This document shows, piece by piece, positions 10,373 through 19,157 of a stretch of DNA of 64,000 nucleotides. Origin of the DNA: a virus (Duplodnaviria > Caudoviricetes); IMG/VR virus record IMGVR_UViG_2904560550_000001, positions 32,001 to 96,000 of that record; one strand, written 5' to 3'. The notes beneath the pieces were generated by a model. The model worked only from the letters and a program-made list of their open reading frames with translations, made no database searches and had not been told where the DNA came from. The translations under genes and the position numbers were made by a program. Numbering within the stretch: position 1 is the first letter of the stretch; every line of letters starts with the position of its first letter.

Positions 10373-10522
10373 TGGAGATGAATGCGGGAGAGGATTTGCA
10401 CCTCTCATGAACGGATTTCAACAACCGTTAGCCAAATCGACTATTATGTAGCCCCGTAGTCTACTTCACAGTACCGTCCTTATGTTCGTCTAAGCGTCTA
10501 CCTGTTCCGCCACCACATTCAT
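10373..10522 (-). ncRNA. tRNA-like RNA with an expanded central domain
   Basis: Leu-type D arm TGGCGGAACAGGTAGACGC; T arm GAGAGG-TGCAAAT-CCTCTC; 10-bp terminal stem ATGAATGTGG/CCGCATTCAT followed by CTCCA; no canonical anticodon arm. Confidence 0.7.
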
Positions 10523-10563
10523 AGGTTAAAGAGGGGAGAGATACCAGTCCTTCACTTATATTA

Positions 10564-10839
10564 TTAAGCTTTTACTGCGTCTTTTAGAGCTTTTGCAGCC
10601 TTGAAGGCAGGTGCCTTTGTAGCTGGAATATCAATTTCCTCACCCGATTGTGGATTTCGCCCTTTACGTGCTGCACGTTCACGAACTTCAAACGTTCCAA
10701 CTCCTGGAATCTTGATTGATTCACCTTTTGCAAGTGTTTCAACGATCACATTAAATACTGCTTCTACTTTAGGCGCAGCTTCTTTCTTAGTAACTCCTAA
10801 TTTCTCTGCAACTTCTCCAACAAATTCTGTTTTGTTCAT
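10564..10839 (-). CDS. yonN: HU-like DNA-binding protein
   Basis: MNKTEF...[24 protein letters not shown] signature. Confidence 0.97.
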   Translation of the reverse strand: MNKTEFVGEVAEKLGVTKKEAAPKVEAVFNVIVETLAKGESIKIPGVGTFEVRERAARKGRNPQSGEEIDIPATKAPAFKAAKALKDAVKA

Positions 10840-11097
10840 GTTTTAATTCCTCCTAGTGATATTGTTTATTTTTGTGTTAAAATATAATTACGGTATCGTT
10901 TGTGCTTCTTTTGAAAAAATGGGAGACGTACTCACCCTTATATGTGGAAATTAGCTTTCTTTCTCCCTTATGGCGATTATCTCAAAAGGGGCTTTCAGAC
11001 CAGTCATATCAAGGGTTCAAGGCGATTTTTTTGTTAAACTTTTTCCGGTAAAATCGCTGTACCCCTTGGGGGAGTAAGGCTCAAGGCACTTTCTATT

Positions 11098-13620
11098 TTA
11101 TCGCTTTTTTGCTTTATACTTTTTATCAGCTATTCTTCTTTGCTCCCTTTTGGCATTTTGAGCACACTTTTCGCAATACTTTTTCTTATTGGACTCACTT
11201 CGCAAAATCTTGGAGCATCGAGCACATAATCTAAGTGTGGCTTGGTTTTTAATTAAGTTATTTAAAATAACATTTCCAAAGCACTCCCACAATGTTGATT
11301 TGAATTTACTTTTCTTTTTATATAAATGCTTAACCAAAACATCAGTAACATATTGCTCGTCGCTATGAATCTTCAATAATCTGTCTTTAATGACCTTATA
11401 AACATAAAGTTTTTGTCCAGGCTTAATGTCTTCAACATTCATGAGCCATTTTTTGTTCTGGTCTAATCGTTTGTATTCACTAATAATTGCATCGTCCAAT
11501 TTAATATCCTTGTTCTTAAGAAGGAAACGATAATCGAACTTTCCTGCAACAGCTGCGAAATTAATTCGGTCAGAAGGGATAATGGAGTCTAACTTATTTA
11601 CTGTGCTTTCATTAATTAACTCAACGCTATGTTCTTCTTTATCCTTTGCATTGATGAAGAAGTGGGGGACTTTATTTTTTATGTAATCTTTAATTTTTTC
11701 ATCAACATGATCGGGACGGGTAGGCATGAATAAGGTTTTTGCAAAATCAATAGTGAAGTTATTTTCCATGCATAACCATTTGATCACATCCAGATTTATA
11801 TTGTCGCTGTTCCATATCTTAGTGATGTTGTTGCTGTATTCCCCGATATTGATCCCATAAGCAAGAGTTAGTGCTTCATATATGTTCCTGCTATTAATCT
11901 CTTGTTTTTGTGCTACTGACATTTCATAATACAAAGGAACGATGTTCTCCATATTACGCTTGGCAATATTGACGATTAACTCATCAGAAATAATTAAGGC
12001 CTTATCCCCGTCATTGTCAAACTGCAGCAACTTAGATATCGGATCATGAATGCTTGTGTAAACACCTGGGGTAATAAACCACTTTTCATATTCCTCATCT
12101 TTTTTGTTCCACCTAACACCATGCTCTCTGAATAGGTGAGGGGAGCGGAGGATGTCAATATACCCTTCATCATATAAAGAACAATGGACATCATTTCCTG
12201 AAAGTAGTCCTTTTGGATTCTGGATATTCAGAAATAACTTTTCGCAGAAAGCATACAGATCAGGACATAAATATGTATAACGAGCACCATCCACAAGCAA
12301 TTTTCCTGATTTGGCATCTTTAATCATGCTTTTCTTTTTATTTTTAATAATTTCTTTCGTGTGATCATCATTAAGAAGTTCTGGATATAGAAGTAAAGCG
12401 TCCTGAAGAGCTGTCCGATGTTTCTTTTTCTCCGTAGCTCCAAGAACTCTTAACATGGTCTCTTTATCAGTTCCCAATGTGGTTATCTCTTTTACAGTCT
12501 TTGAGCTCATTTGAATTAATTCTTCATCGGAGATATCTGTAAGTGTCTGGAGCATTTGATAAGTAAGCTTTCCTTCAACAGAAGGATCTTCTGCGTTGAG
12601 TTTTGCCCCTAAGCATCCATATTTTTTATAATTGCCTTGATATTCTTCCCACGATGAATAATACTTCCACATTTTAAACTGACTTTTAGTGAAGATAATT
12701 TGAACATCATCTTTCACCATGTCCCATTCCTTGCCGTATATATCAGTTACTTTAAAAGCTTTGTTTTCCTCAGCAAATTTACGAAAATCAAAAGGGACTA
12801 ATAAACCCTTTACCCATGGGAGTCTGACCATGAAGCTTTTACGACTTAGAATGGGGAGTATCATTCCGCAGCCATCTGTATGTTCAATGGGAATGTTCAT
12901 TGTTTTTCGTGTGATCTCGTAGGTGTCTCGATCAATGTAGTCAACGAGACTCGACACATCAGTTTCTAAGTCGTTAACAACAATCGCTTTATCAATATCA
13001 ATCTCCCAAGGGCTACTGGCACTGTTAGATAAGGCCATATAGCTATTCCATTTGTTAATGCTGCTCCCACCAAGGGAATTAATCTTTTCAATGCTCAAGC
13101 CACAGGTCAAAGCATCCTGATACTTATCGTAAGTGCTTTTTTTTATGAAACATGACTTCTTTGTGCGAATTTGACCCGCACTGCTTGTGAAATAAACGTA
13201 TTTCTCATTGTTATGTAAAAATCCTTTGTCAATAATGTCTTTCAATACCTCAAAATGATAAGTCTGGACAACCATGATTTCTTCAGAAAGGGTGTTTTCT
13301 TTAATCCCGAGGGTTCGAGTTAACACTGAATCAAATAATGAAATCACTTTGTTGTCTCTTAAACTGTCAGTTCGAAGTGTTCTTATGTCATTATGTTCAT
13401 CGAATGCGGAATAGAGGCATTCTTTAAGGTATGTAATTCTTTGCGAAATGTATTTCTTATGTCTATTATGTACACTATCTAATGTCTTAAGATAATCTCT
13501 GTATCTATAAGACTTCAAAATCCTATTATGTAATGAATTTTCTTTGTCATTATAAAATGCTGATGTGTCCACACTGTATATGTGAACTTGCTTAGACAAT
13601 CCATCCTTTTTTCTTTTCAA
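11098..13620 (-). CDS. yonO: Single-subunit RdRP-related DNA-dependent RNA polymerase for late genes
   Basis: 840 aa; TDGCG, RSP and catalytic DNDGD motifs; C-terminal Zn finger. Confidence 0.93.
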   Translation of the reverse strand: MKRKKDGLSKQVHIYSVDTSAFYNDKENSLHNRILKSYRYRDYLKTLDSVHNRHKKYISQRITYLKECLYSAFDEHNDIRTLRTDSLRDNKVISLFDSVLTRTLGIKENTLSEEIMVVQTYHFEVLKDIIDKGFLHNNEKYVYFTSSAGQIRTKKSCFIKKSTYDKYQDALTCGLSIEKINSLGGSSINKWNSYMALSNSASSPWEIDIDKAIVVNDLETDVSSLVDYIDRDTYEITRKTMNIPIEHTDGCGMILPILSRKSFMVRLPWVKGLLVPFDFRKFAEENKAFKVTDIYGKEWDMVKDDVQIIFTKSQFKMWKYYSSWEEYQGNYKKYGCLGAKLNAEDPSVEGKLTYQMLQTLTDISDEELIQMSSKTVKEITTLGTDKETMLRVLGATEKKKHRTALQDALLLYPELLNDDHTKEIIKNKKKSMIKDAKSGKLLVDGARYTYLCPDLYAFCEKLFLNIQNPKGLLSGNDVHCSLYDEGYIDILRSPHLFREHGVRWNKKDEEYEKWFITPGVYTSIHDPISKLLQFDNDGDKALIISDELIVNIAKRNMENIVPLYYEMSVAQKQEINSRNIYEALTLAYGINIGEYSNNITKIWNSDNINLDVIKWLCMENNFTIDFAKTLFMPTRPDHVDEKIKDYIKNKVPHFFINAKDKEEHSVELINESTVNKLDSIIPSDRINFAAVAGKFDYRFLLKNKDIKLDDAIISEYKRLDQNKKWLMNVEDIKPGQKLYVYKVIKDRLLKIHSDEQYVTDVLVKHLYKKKSKFKSTLWECFGNVILNNLIKNQATLRLCARCSKILRSESNKKKYCEKCAQNAKREQRRIADKKYKAKKR

Positions 13621-13660
13621 CCAATCCCCTCCGTATATTTTATTTTTACTCTAAAAGTGC

Positions 13661-13840
13661 TTAATATTCGCTATTAAGATATTGATTTACTAAACTTCGA
13701 TATGTAAAGCTTTGTTTATTAATCTTTCCGTACCATTTGTAATCCTGATAAAGGTATTCTTCTTCGGGTGTTGCTGTCCCATCGACTACTTTTCCCTCAA
13801 TAAACCCCATTAAATGACTAAATAAATACTGCTTTTTCAT
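13661..13840 (-). CDS. yonP: YonP-like small protein (59 aa, absent from the ORF track)
   Basis: GGAGGTG RBS; MKKQYLFSHLMGFIEGKVVDGTATPEEEYLYQDYKWYG...; upstream of yonO. Confidence 0.7.
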   Translation of the reverse strand: MKKQYLFSHLMGFIEGKVVDGTATPEEEYLYQDYKWYGKINKQSFTYRSLVNQYLNSEY

Positions 13841-13959
13841 CTTACACCTCCATACTATTTTATTTTTATTCTTAAAATGATTAAAATAAAGACCACTTCA
13901 TGTGGTTGTGTTTTTATTATATATTTTATTTTTACTCTTGTAAACATAAAAATCCAAAG

Positions 13960-14196
13960 TTAATTGGATTTAATTTCGATTAATTCAAAAAGATCGTCAA
14001 CTTTACAATTTAGAATATGTGCCATCAATAAAAGATTGTATGTACTAGGGAGGACGGTTGCAAATCCCTCGCTGTCATTTTTACACCATCTAGATATACT
14101 TGCTCTTTCAGCTTTTATTTGCTCTGCTAACCAGCCTTTTTCGATACCTTTGCTGCTTAGAAATGAATCCAACTTACTTTTAACCCTATATTCCAT
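13960..14196 (-). CDS. XRE/Cro-type HTH regulator
   Basis: WLAEQIKAERASISRWC...AHILNCKVDDLF; AAAGGA RBS. Confidence 0.8.
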   Translation of the reverse strand: MEYRVKSKLDSFLSSKGIEKGWLAEQIKAERASISRWCKNDSEGFATVLPSTYNLLLMAHILNCKVDDLFELIEIKSN

Positions 14197-14265
14197 TTAA
14201 ATCATCCTTTTGCTGTTTGAATAAATTTTATAAAATGACTGGTTTACATACAAGCAGAGTGTGAT

Positions 14266-14320
14266 TATTTGCATTAAGATACAAAAATATTTGCATTTAA
14301 ATGCAAATAAACAATATAAT
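14266..14320 (+). promoter_or_regulatory. SigA-like promoter overlapping a palindromic operator
   Basis: TTGCAT-18-TATAAT; perfect palindrome TATTTGCATTTAAATGCAAATA at 14288-14309 plus a half-site at 14266. Confidence 0.6.
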
Positions 14321-14374
14321 AATCGTATATCAACCAAGATATTTCAAAATCATCAGATATTAAGGAGGGGTTAC

Positions 14375-14659
14375 ATGGATACTTATTTTGATTCAGTCAT
14401 TGACAACTTAACTCGAAATGATTTGTATATTCTAGGCTTATTAAGCGATGAAGGGGCTGATTTAAAGTTTAAATCAATTAGGAAAAAAACCATTCAAGCT
14501 AAAACTCAACTAACTGATGCTACTTTTAGAAAGAGCATTGATCGTCTGGAAGCCTTGCAGTTTATTAATATAGTGAAAAACAGTAAAGAGCATACAATTT
14601 TTATTACTCAATATGGTCAAGAAGCTTTGAGTTATCAATTAGAAGGGGAGAGGGTTTGA
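14375..14659 (+). CDS. Winged-helix DNA-binding protein, TubR-like
   Basis: AAGGAGG RBS before ATG 14375; wHTH pattern TFRKSIDRLEALQFI...ITQYGQ; stop overlaps the tubZ start. Confidence 0.7.
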   Translation: MDTYFDSVIDNLTRNDLYILGLLSDEGADLKFKSIRKKTIQAKTQLTDATFRKSIDRLEALQFINIVKNSKEHTIFITQYGQEALSYQLEGERV

Positions 14660-15771
14660 TGTTTGGATTTATTGGAGTTGGTCAGGCCGGTGGAAGTGTA
14701 GCAGATGAAGCGATGAAGAGAGGATTTCATTCTGTCGCAATAAATTATTCACGTTCAGACCTTAATTCATTGGTCAATATTCAAGATAAGCTTCATCTGG
14801 TAGGGACAGAAGGAGTAGGTAAAGACAGAAGCGCAGCAGCGAAACATATGAAAAATAACTGGGAGTCCTCAATTGAGTTTATAAAGAATACAATGGAAAA
14901 ACCTTCAGTACAAGTTATTTTTGTTGTTTTCTCTGCAGCTGGTGGAACCGGTTCAGGGGTAGCTCCTATATTATTAGAATTGTTAAACGAATGTCTTACT
15001 CATAAAACAATAGTTGCTGTACCAATCCTTCCTGACAACAATGAAGTATTGGTTAACCAGATGAATTCACTGGAGTTGCTTGATGACTTATCTATGCCAG
15101 AGACATGTGTTTTACCTTTGGATAATCAAATGGTTTTGAGTAAATACGAAGGAAAGATTTCTGAGAGTAGACTATACAAGGAAACAAACAAGAGGTTCCT
15201 TGATTTAATTGAAGTTTTGCTCAATTACACAGACAGAGGATCAAAAATCAGCACTTTAGACAGGAAGGATTTAAATCAGCTTTTTGATACACCAGGAATC
15301 ATTACTATTGCTCAAACAGACCTCACTGAATTTACAAATGAGGGTAAGTATTTTGATAAGCTGCATGAAGATATACAGAAATCATGGAACAATTCGATAT
15401 TCACTCCAGTTGAGTTTACAAATGTGATGAGAGCTGGAGTTATTCTGGATGTTCATGAATTCTTAACAGAGCATATTTCGTATAATGAGCTGTTTAATGT
15501 CTTTGATAACAAGATGCCCCTAGACTTATTTAAAGGACATTATGATAAAGGTAATAGGGCGATAACGATCCTTAGCGGATTAAACTGGATCAATGAGCGG
15601 ATGAAGCGGTTAGATGATTTAATTGAAAATGGGAACACTGAGATTAAAGAAACAACTGTTTATAAAGCTAAGAATCGACGTAGAGAGGATTTATTTAAAC
15701 CGAAGAAACTGGAGAACAGAGAATCGAAAAAGACCTCGTATATGGAGGCACTGAAGAGATTAAAGCGCTAA
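14659..15771 (+). CDS. tubZ: Tubulin/FtsZ-family GTPase (TubZ/RepX-like)
   Basis: GVGQAGG, GVGKD, tubulin signature AAGGTGSG, LDN, T7-like LDRKDL. Confidence 0.88.
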   Translation: MFGFIGVGQAGGSVADEAMKRGFHSVAINYSRSDLNSLVNIQDKLHLVGTEGVGKDRSAAAKHMKNNWESSIEFIKNTMEKPSVQVIFVVFSAAGGTGSGVAPILLELLNECLTHKTIVAVPILPDNNEVLVNQMNSLELLDDLSMPETCVLPLDNQMVLSKYEGKISESRLYKETNKRFLDLIEVLLNYTDRGSKISTLDRKDLNQLFDTPGIITIAQTDLTEFTNEGKYFDKLHEDIQKSWNNSIFTPVEFTNVMRAGVILDVHEFLTEHISYNELFNVFDNKMPLDLFKGHYDKGNRAITILSGLNWINERMKRLDDLIENGNTEIKETTVYKAKNRRREDLFKPKKLENRESKKTSYMEALKRLKR

Positions 15772-15781
15772 TTTTAAAGGA

Positions 15782-15818
15782 GGCTGCCTACTAAGGTGGC
15801 TTTTTTATTTTGGTTTTT
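15782..15818 (+). terminator. Intrinsic terminator after tubZ
   Basis: GGCTGCCT-ACTA-AGGTGGCT followed by a T tract. Confidence 0.7.
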
Positions 15819-16752
15819 AATGACCCCCTTGGTGATCGTGAGCTAAAAAAGTGCTTATCGTAAATGAAGATCGGAAAGGGGTAATTAGTTGAAATAGCAA
15901 TGTTTTAGGGCTGTCAAAGGGGACAGTAGGTGTTTTGTGATCGTAAAACGTAGGAAGGAGAGAGGGAAAGGTGTCGTTCAGTTAAAAATCTGATGAAAAA
16001 GGGGAGAATAAGGGGTGGAAAAACATTGATATTATAGGCTTTTACGATAGCGATTACGATGCGAAAATAGGCTGAAAAATGGGAAAGTGAAAAAATAAGT
16101 TGGGTGTGGAAATGGAAGTGCTAGGGGTACATTTGTTCCTGTTTTTTGGCCTTTAGATGTTAATATACCCCCTATATATTGGTATTAAATTCCCTATATA
16201 AGATACGTTATGTAGGGTTTTTATGATTTGGCTGATAAATTTGCACAACTAACACAATTCCAAATGAAAAACAATATTTATTTTTGAAAAAATAATTAAG
16301 TGGTCAATTTAAAACTGAATACCCATTCATTAAAAATAATCGTGTGTATAACGAAGGGAAATGAATCGAAGTGTTATCTATCCTATACAATTTTTCATCT
16401 AATCCACACACCTATTTTATATTCACTCTAATCATATTCCTTCATCTCATTACATCCACCATTACATATCCTCATCTTGCCTAATCATCTCTATCCGTTT
16501 CCTTCACCACACATCATATATCCATAACACACTAACCATGCATCATCAGAAGCGTTCTAATACACCTATAATCAATTTTAATTTAATCATAGTATCATTG
16601 GTATCCAATCCACATACACGACTTATACAGCCTATAAACACCCATAAATAATGTCCGAAATAATTTAAAAAAATCCGTTTTAAGAGTAAAAATAAAATGA
16701 CTTTGTAGGAAAAATGTGCTATAATAGAGTTATAGGAAAGGAGGTGAAAAGA

Positions 16753-16932
16753 GTGCTTGAGAAAGTGGGTATAACAATTGCTTTCCTTATTCCTATCACG
16801 GTTTTAATCATCAACTGTTTAACGATAGCTGAGAAGATTCAAAACCTGATGAAGAATAAGAAAAGCAAAAAGAAAAAGCGTACACGCAAGCGCCTCCGTA
16901 GCAAGAGACAACGCAAACGTATACGCAGATAA
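16753..16932 (+). CDS. yonT: Type I toxin YonT
   Basis: AAAGGAGGTG RBS, GTG start; 59 aa with N-terminal TM helix and very basic tail. Confidence 0.9.
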   Translation: MLEKVGITIAFLIPITVLIINCLTIAEKIQNLMKNKKSKKKKRTRKRLRSKRQRKRIRR

Positions 16933-16966
16933 CACGCTAAAGGGGATTAATTCCCCTTTAGTCACT
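16860..16966 (-). ncRNA. SR6-like antisense antitoxin RNA (ends approximate)
   Basis: Minus-strand TTTACA-16-TATAAT at 17000-16973; hairpin 16937-16960; antisense to the yonT 3' end as in SPbeta. Confidence 0.6.
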
Positions 16967-16980
16967 ACCCATATTATAAC

Positions 16981-17196
16981 ATGGACAAGCACTTTGTAAA
17001 CATGAAACGATTCTCATTGTGGTTTACGAACATTACATTTGTTGTTTTATTCTTGTTGTTTCTGTTCATCAAAGATTATTTCAGCAGCGGAATACAGTCG
17101 CTTATTATGATTGTTTTTATTGTAACATGTAGTATTATTATTTTGTTATGGATCATTTACTTTGCTTTACGCAAGAAGATAAACAAATGTAACTAA
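16981..17196 (+). CDS. yoyJ: YoyJ-like two-TM membrane protein
   Basis: Two hydrophobic segments; directly downstream of yonT. Confidence 0.7.
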   Translation: MDKHFVNMKRFSLWFTNITFVVLFLLFLFIKDYFSSGIQSLIMIVFIVTCSIIILLWIIYFALRKKINKCN

Positions 17197-17228
17197 CAAA
17201 AATGTGTAAAAGAAAGGAAGACCATCAA

Positions 17229-17435
17229 ATGAACATGAAAAATGTAGATCAAAATACAGAAGTCACTTTTACACTGTCAATTGGTTATGCAGGAGCAACT
17301 AGAGAAGAGACATTTACACTCGAACACTTGGGATGGAATGGGGAAACGGGATCTGACTTAGTAAGGTTCCTCGATGACGCTCATGATGCTTGGCAGATAA
17401 ACTATGTGGATGCTGGATGGTACATTGAGGAATAA
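17229..17435 (+). CDS. Hypothetical acidic protein
   Basis: AAAGGA RBS before ATG. Confidence 0.65.
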   Translation: MNMKNVDQNTEVTFTLSIGYAGATREETFTLEHLGWNGETGSDLVRFLDDAHDAWQINYVDAGWYIEE

Positions 17436-17627
17436 TAAATTTTACCTTCAGTAATCTCGCATTTACAATGGTGTTAAACATATTTTAATGACAAGGACAA
17501 TTCATGAAGACGTTTAGTAATCAAATGAAGAAAGAATCAATAATTGAATTTCATATATGAGAAGGAGCGGTAAAACATTTATCCGTTCCTTTATTTTTAA
17601 TATTAAAGGGGGAAGTCTGTATTTATT

Positions 17628-18860
17628 ATGAATAAAATTAAAATAATTGATTCCATAATGGGGTCGGGTAAGACAAGTTACATGATTCTAAAGATGAATG
17701 AAGCACCCAAAGAGGATAAGTTTATTTTTATTACACCTTATCTTGATGAAGTAAAGAGGATAAAGGAAGCGTGTCCAGAAAAGAAGTTTATTGAACCTAA
17801 GATACACAGCGTTAACGGAGAAACATTTTATAAGCTGGATTCATTGCATAAACACCTTTCAGATAATAAGAATATAGCAACTACACATGCACTCTTTAAG
17901 ATGGCAAATGAGACAACAAAAGAACTCATCTATTCAGGTAATTATACTTTGATACTGGATGAAGCAATAGAGGTTGTAAAGCAGTTAAATATATCTGCAG
18001 ATGACCTGGATATGTTATTTAAAAATAACTGGATAATAAATAAAGACGACCGAATAATTTGGAACATGGAACAAGAAAAGAATATGCAAAGGGAATATGA
18101 TGGAGAGTTTAAACACTTGAAACAGCTTGCATTAAATAACAATTTAATATTACATAATGATTCAGTCATACTCTGGAACTTTCCTGCTGACATATTCAAA
18201 TTGTTTAAAGAAGTATACAACTTAACATATCTGTTCGATGGGCAGTTACAGAAGCATTATTATGATTTAAACAATATTCCTTATGAGAAATATATGATTA
18301 AAAAAGATAAGGGAAAATATAAGTGTGTGCCCTATGATTCAGCAGCAGATAAGCACATTAAGGATAAAATTAAAATGAATATAAATGTATATGATGGTGA
18401 TCTTAACAAAATCGGTGAAGACAAATACTCTTTATCAAAAGGATGGTACAGAAATAAAAGGGTTTTACATAAAAGACTGCAGAATAATATCCTGAATTAC
18501 TTTCAGAACATATGTAAGTCTAAATCAAACTTTAATATGTGGACAACGTTTATTGATTATAAACCAAGGCTTTCGGGCAAGGGATATACTAAGGGGTTCA
18601 TACCATGTAATATCCGGTCTACAAATGAACATAGTCATAAAAATACACTGGTTTATGCTATTAACCGTTATTGTAATCCATTATTAGTTGAATATTTTAG
18701 CTCTAAGGGTGTTAAAGTTGATGAGACTTATTTTGCCCTTTCAGAAATGATTCAATGGATATGGAGAAGCAGCATTAGAAATAATGATTCGATTTCAATT
18801 TACATTCCATCAAGAAGAATGAGGTCAATGTTTATTAATTGGTTAAATAATGATTTATAA
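17628..18860 (+). CDS. yonV: SF2 helicase-like protein
   Basis: Walker A DSIMGSGKTS, Walker B LDEA, motif VI-like QWIWRS; 410 aa. Confidence 0.8.
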   Translation: MNKIKIIDSIMGSGKTSYMILKMNEAPKEDKFIFITPYLDEVKRIKEACPEKKFIEPKIHSVNGETFYKLDSLHKHLSDNKNIATTHALFKMANETTKELIYSGNYTLILDEAIEVVKQLNISADDLDMLFKNNWIINKDDRIIWNMEQEKNMQREYDGEFKHLKQLALNNNLILHNDSVILWNFPADIFKLFKEVYNLTYLFDGQLQKHYYDLNNIPYEKYMIKKDKGKYKCVPYDSAADKHIKDKIKMNINVYDGDLNKIGEDKYSLSKGWYRNKRVLHKRLQNNILNYFQNICKSKSNFNMWTTFIDYKPRLSGKGYTKGFIPCNIRSTNEHSHKNTLVYAINRYCNPLLVEYFSSKGVKVDETYFALSEMIQWIWRSSIRNNDSISIYIPSRRMRSMFINWLNNDL

Positions 18861-19050
18861 CCCTTATTGCAAATAAAGCAATAAATCATAAAAAAAAGTC
18901 AACTGTCCCAAGGGTTTGAGGGGTGTGTCCCTTAAAGGGGAAGAGGGGTAATAATTAAATAAAAAAATAATAAAATCGTCCGTAAAGAAAGTGCCTTTAC
19001 GGCCGTCTCGTTTCAGCAAGCTGAACCTCGATAATATGTTTTTCTTTTTT

Positions 19051-19101
19051 TAGAATAAAAATAAAATAAGTATTGAGTATTTAAAGTGATCATGTTAAAA
19101 T
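19051..19101 (+). promoter_or_regulatory. SPBRE plus SigA promoter with a palindromic spacer
   Basis: TAGAATAAAAATAAAATA followed by TTGAGT-17-TAAAAT. Confidence 0.7.
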
Positions 19102-19157
19102 TAAATCAAGTCAAAGGATTACATACTTTCAGAGTAAAAATAAAATTGTAATAAAGA

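Noticed and set aside
10373-10522. Canonical tRNA or tmRNA call
   Set aside because: No 5-bp/7-nt anticodon arm; too short for tmRNA and it has a D stem; recorded as a tRNA-like ncRNA
10995-18925. CAAGGGTT-type motif near 11009, 11063, 15898, 16021 and 18908
   Set aside because: Too degenerate to define a consensus by eye
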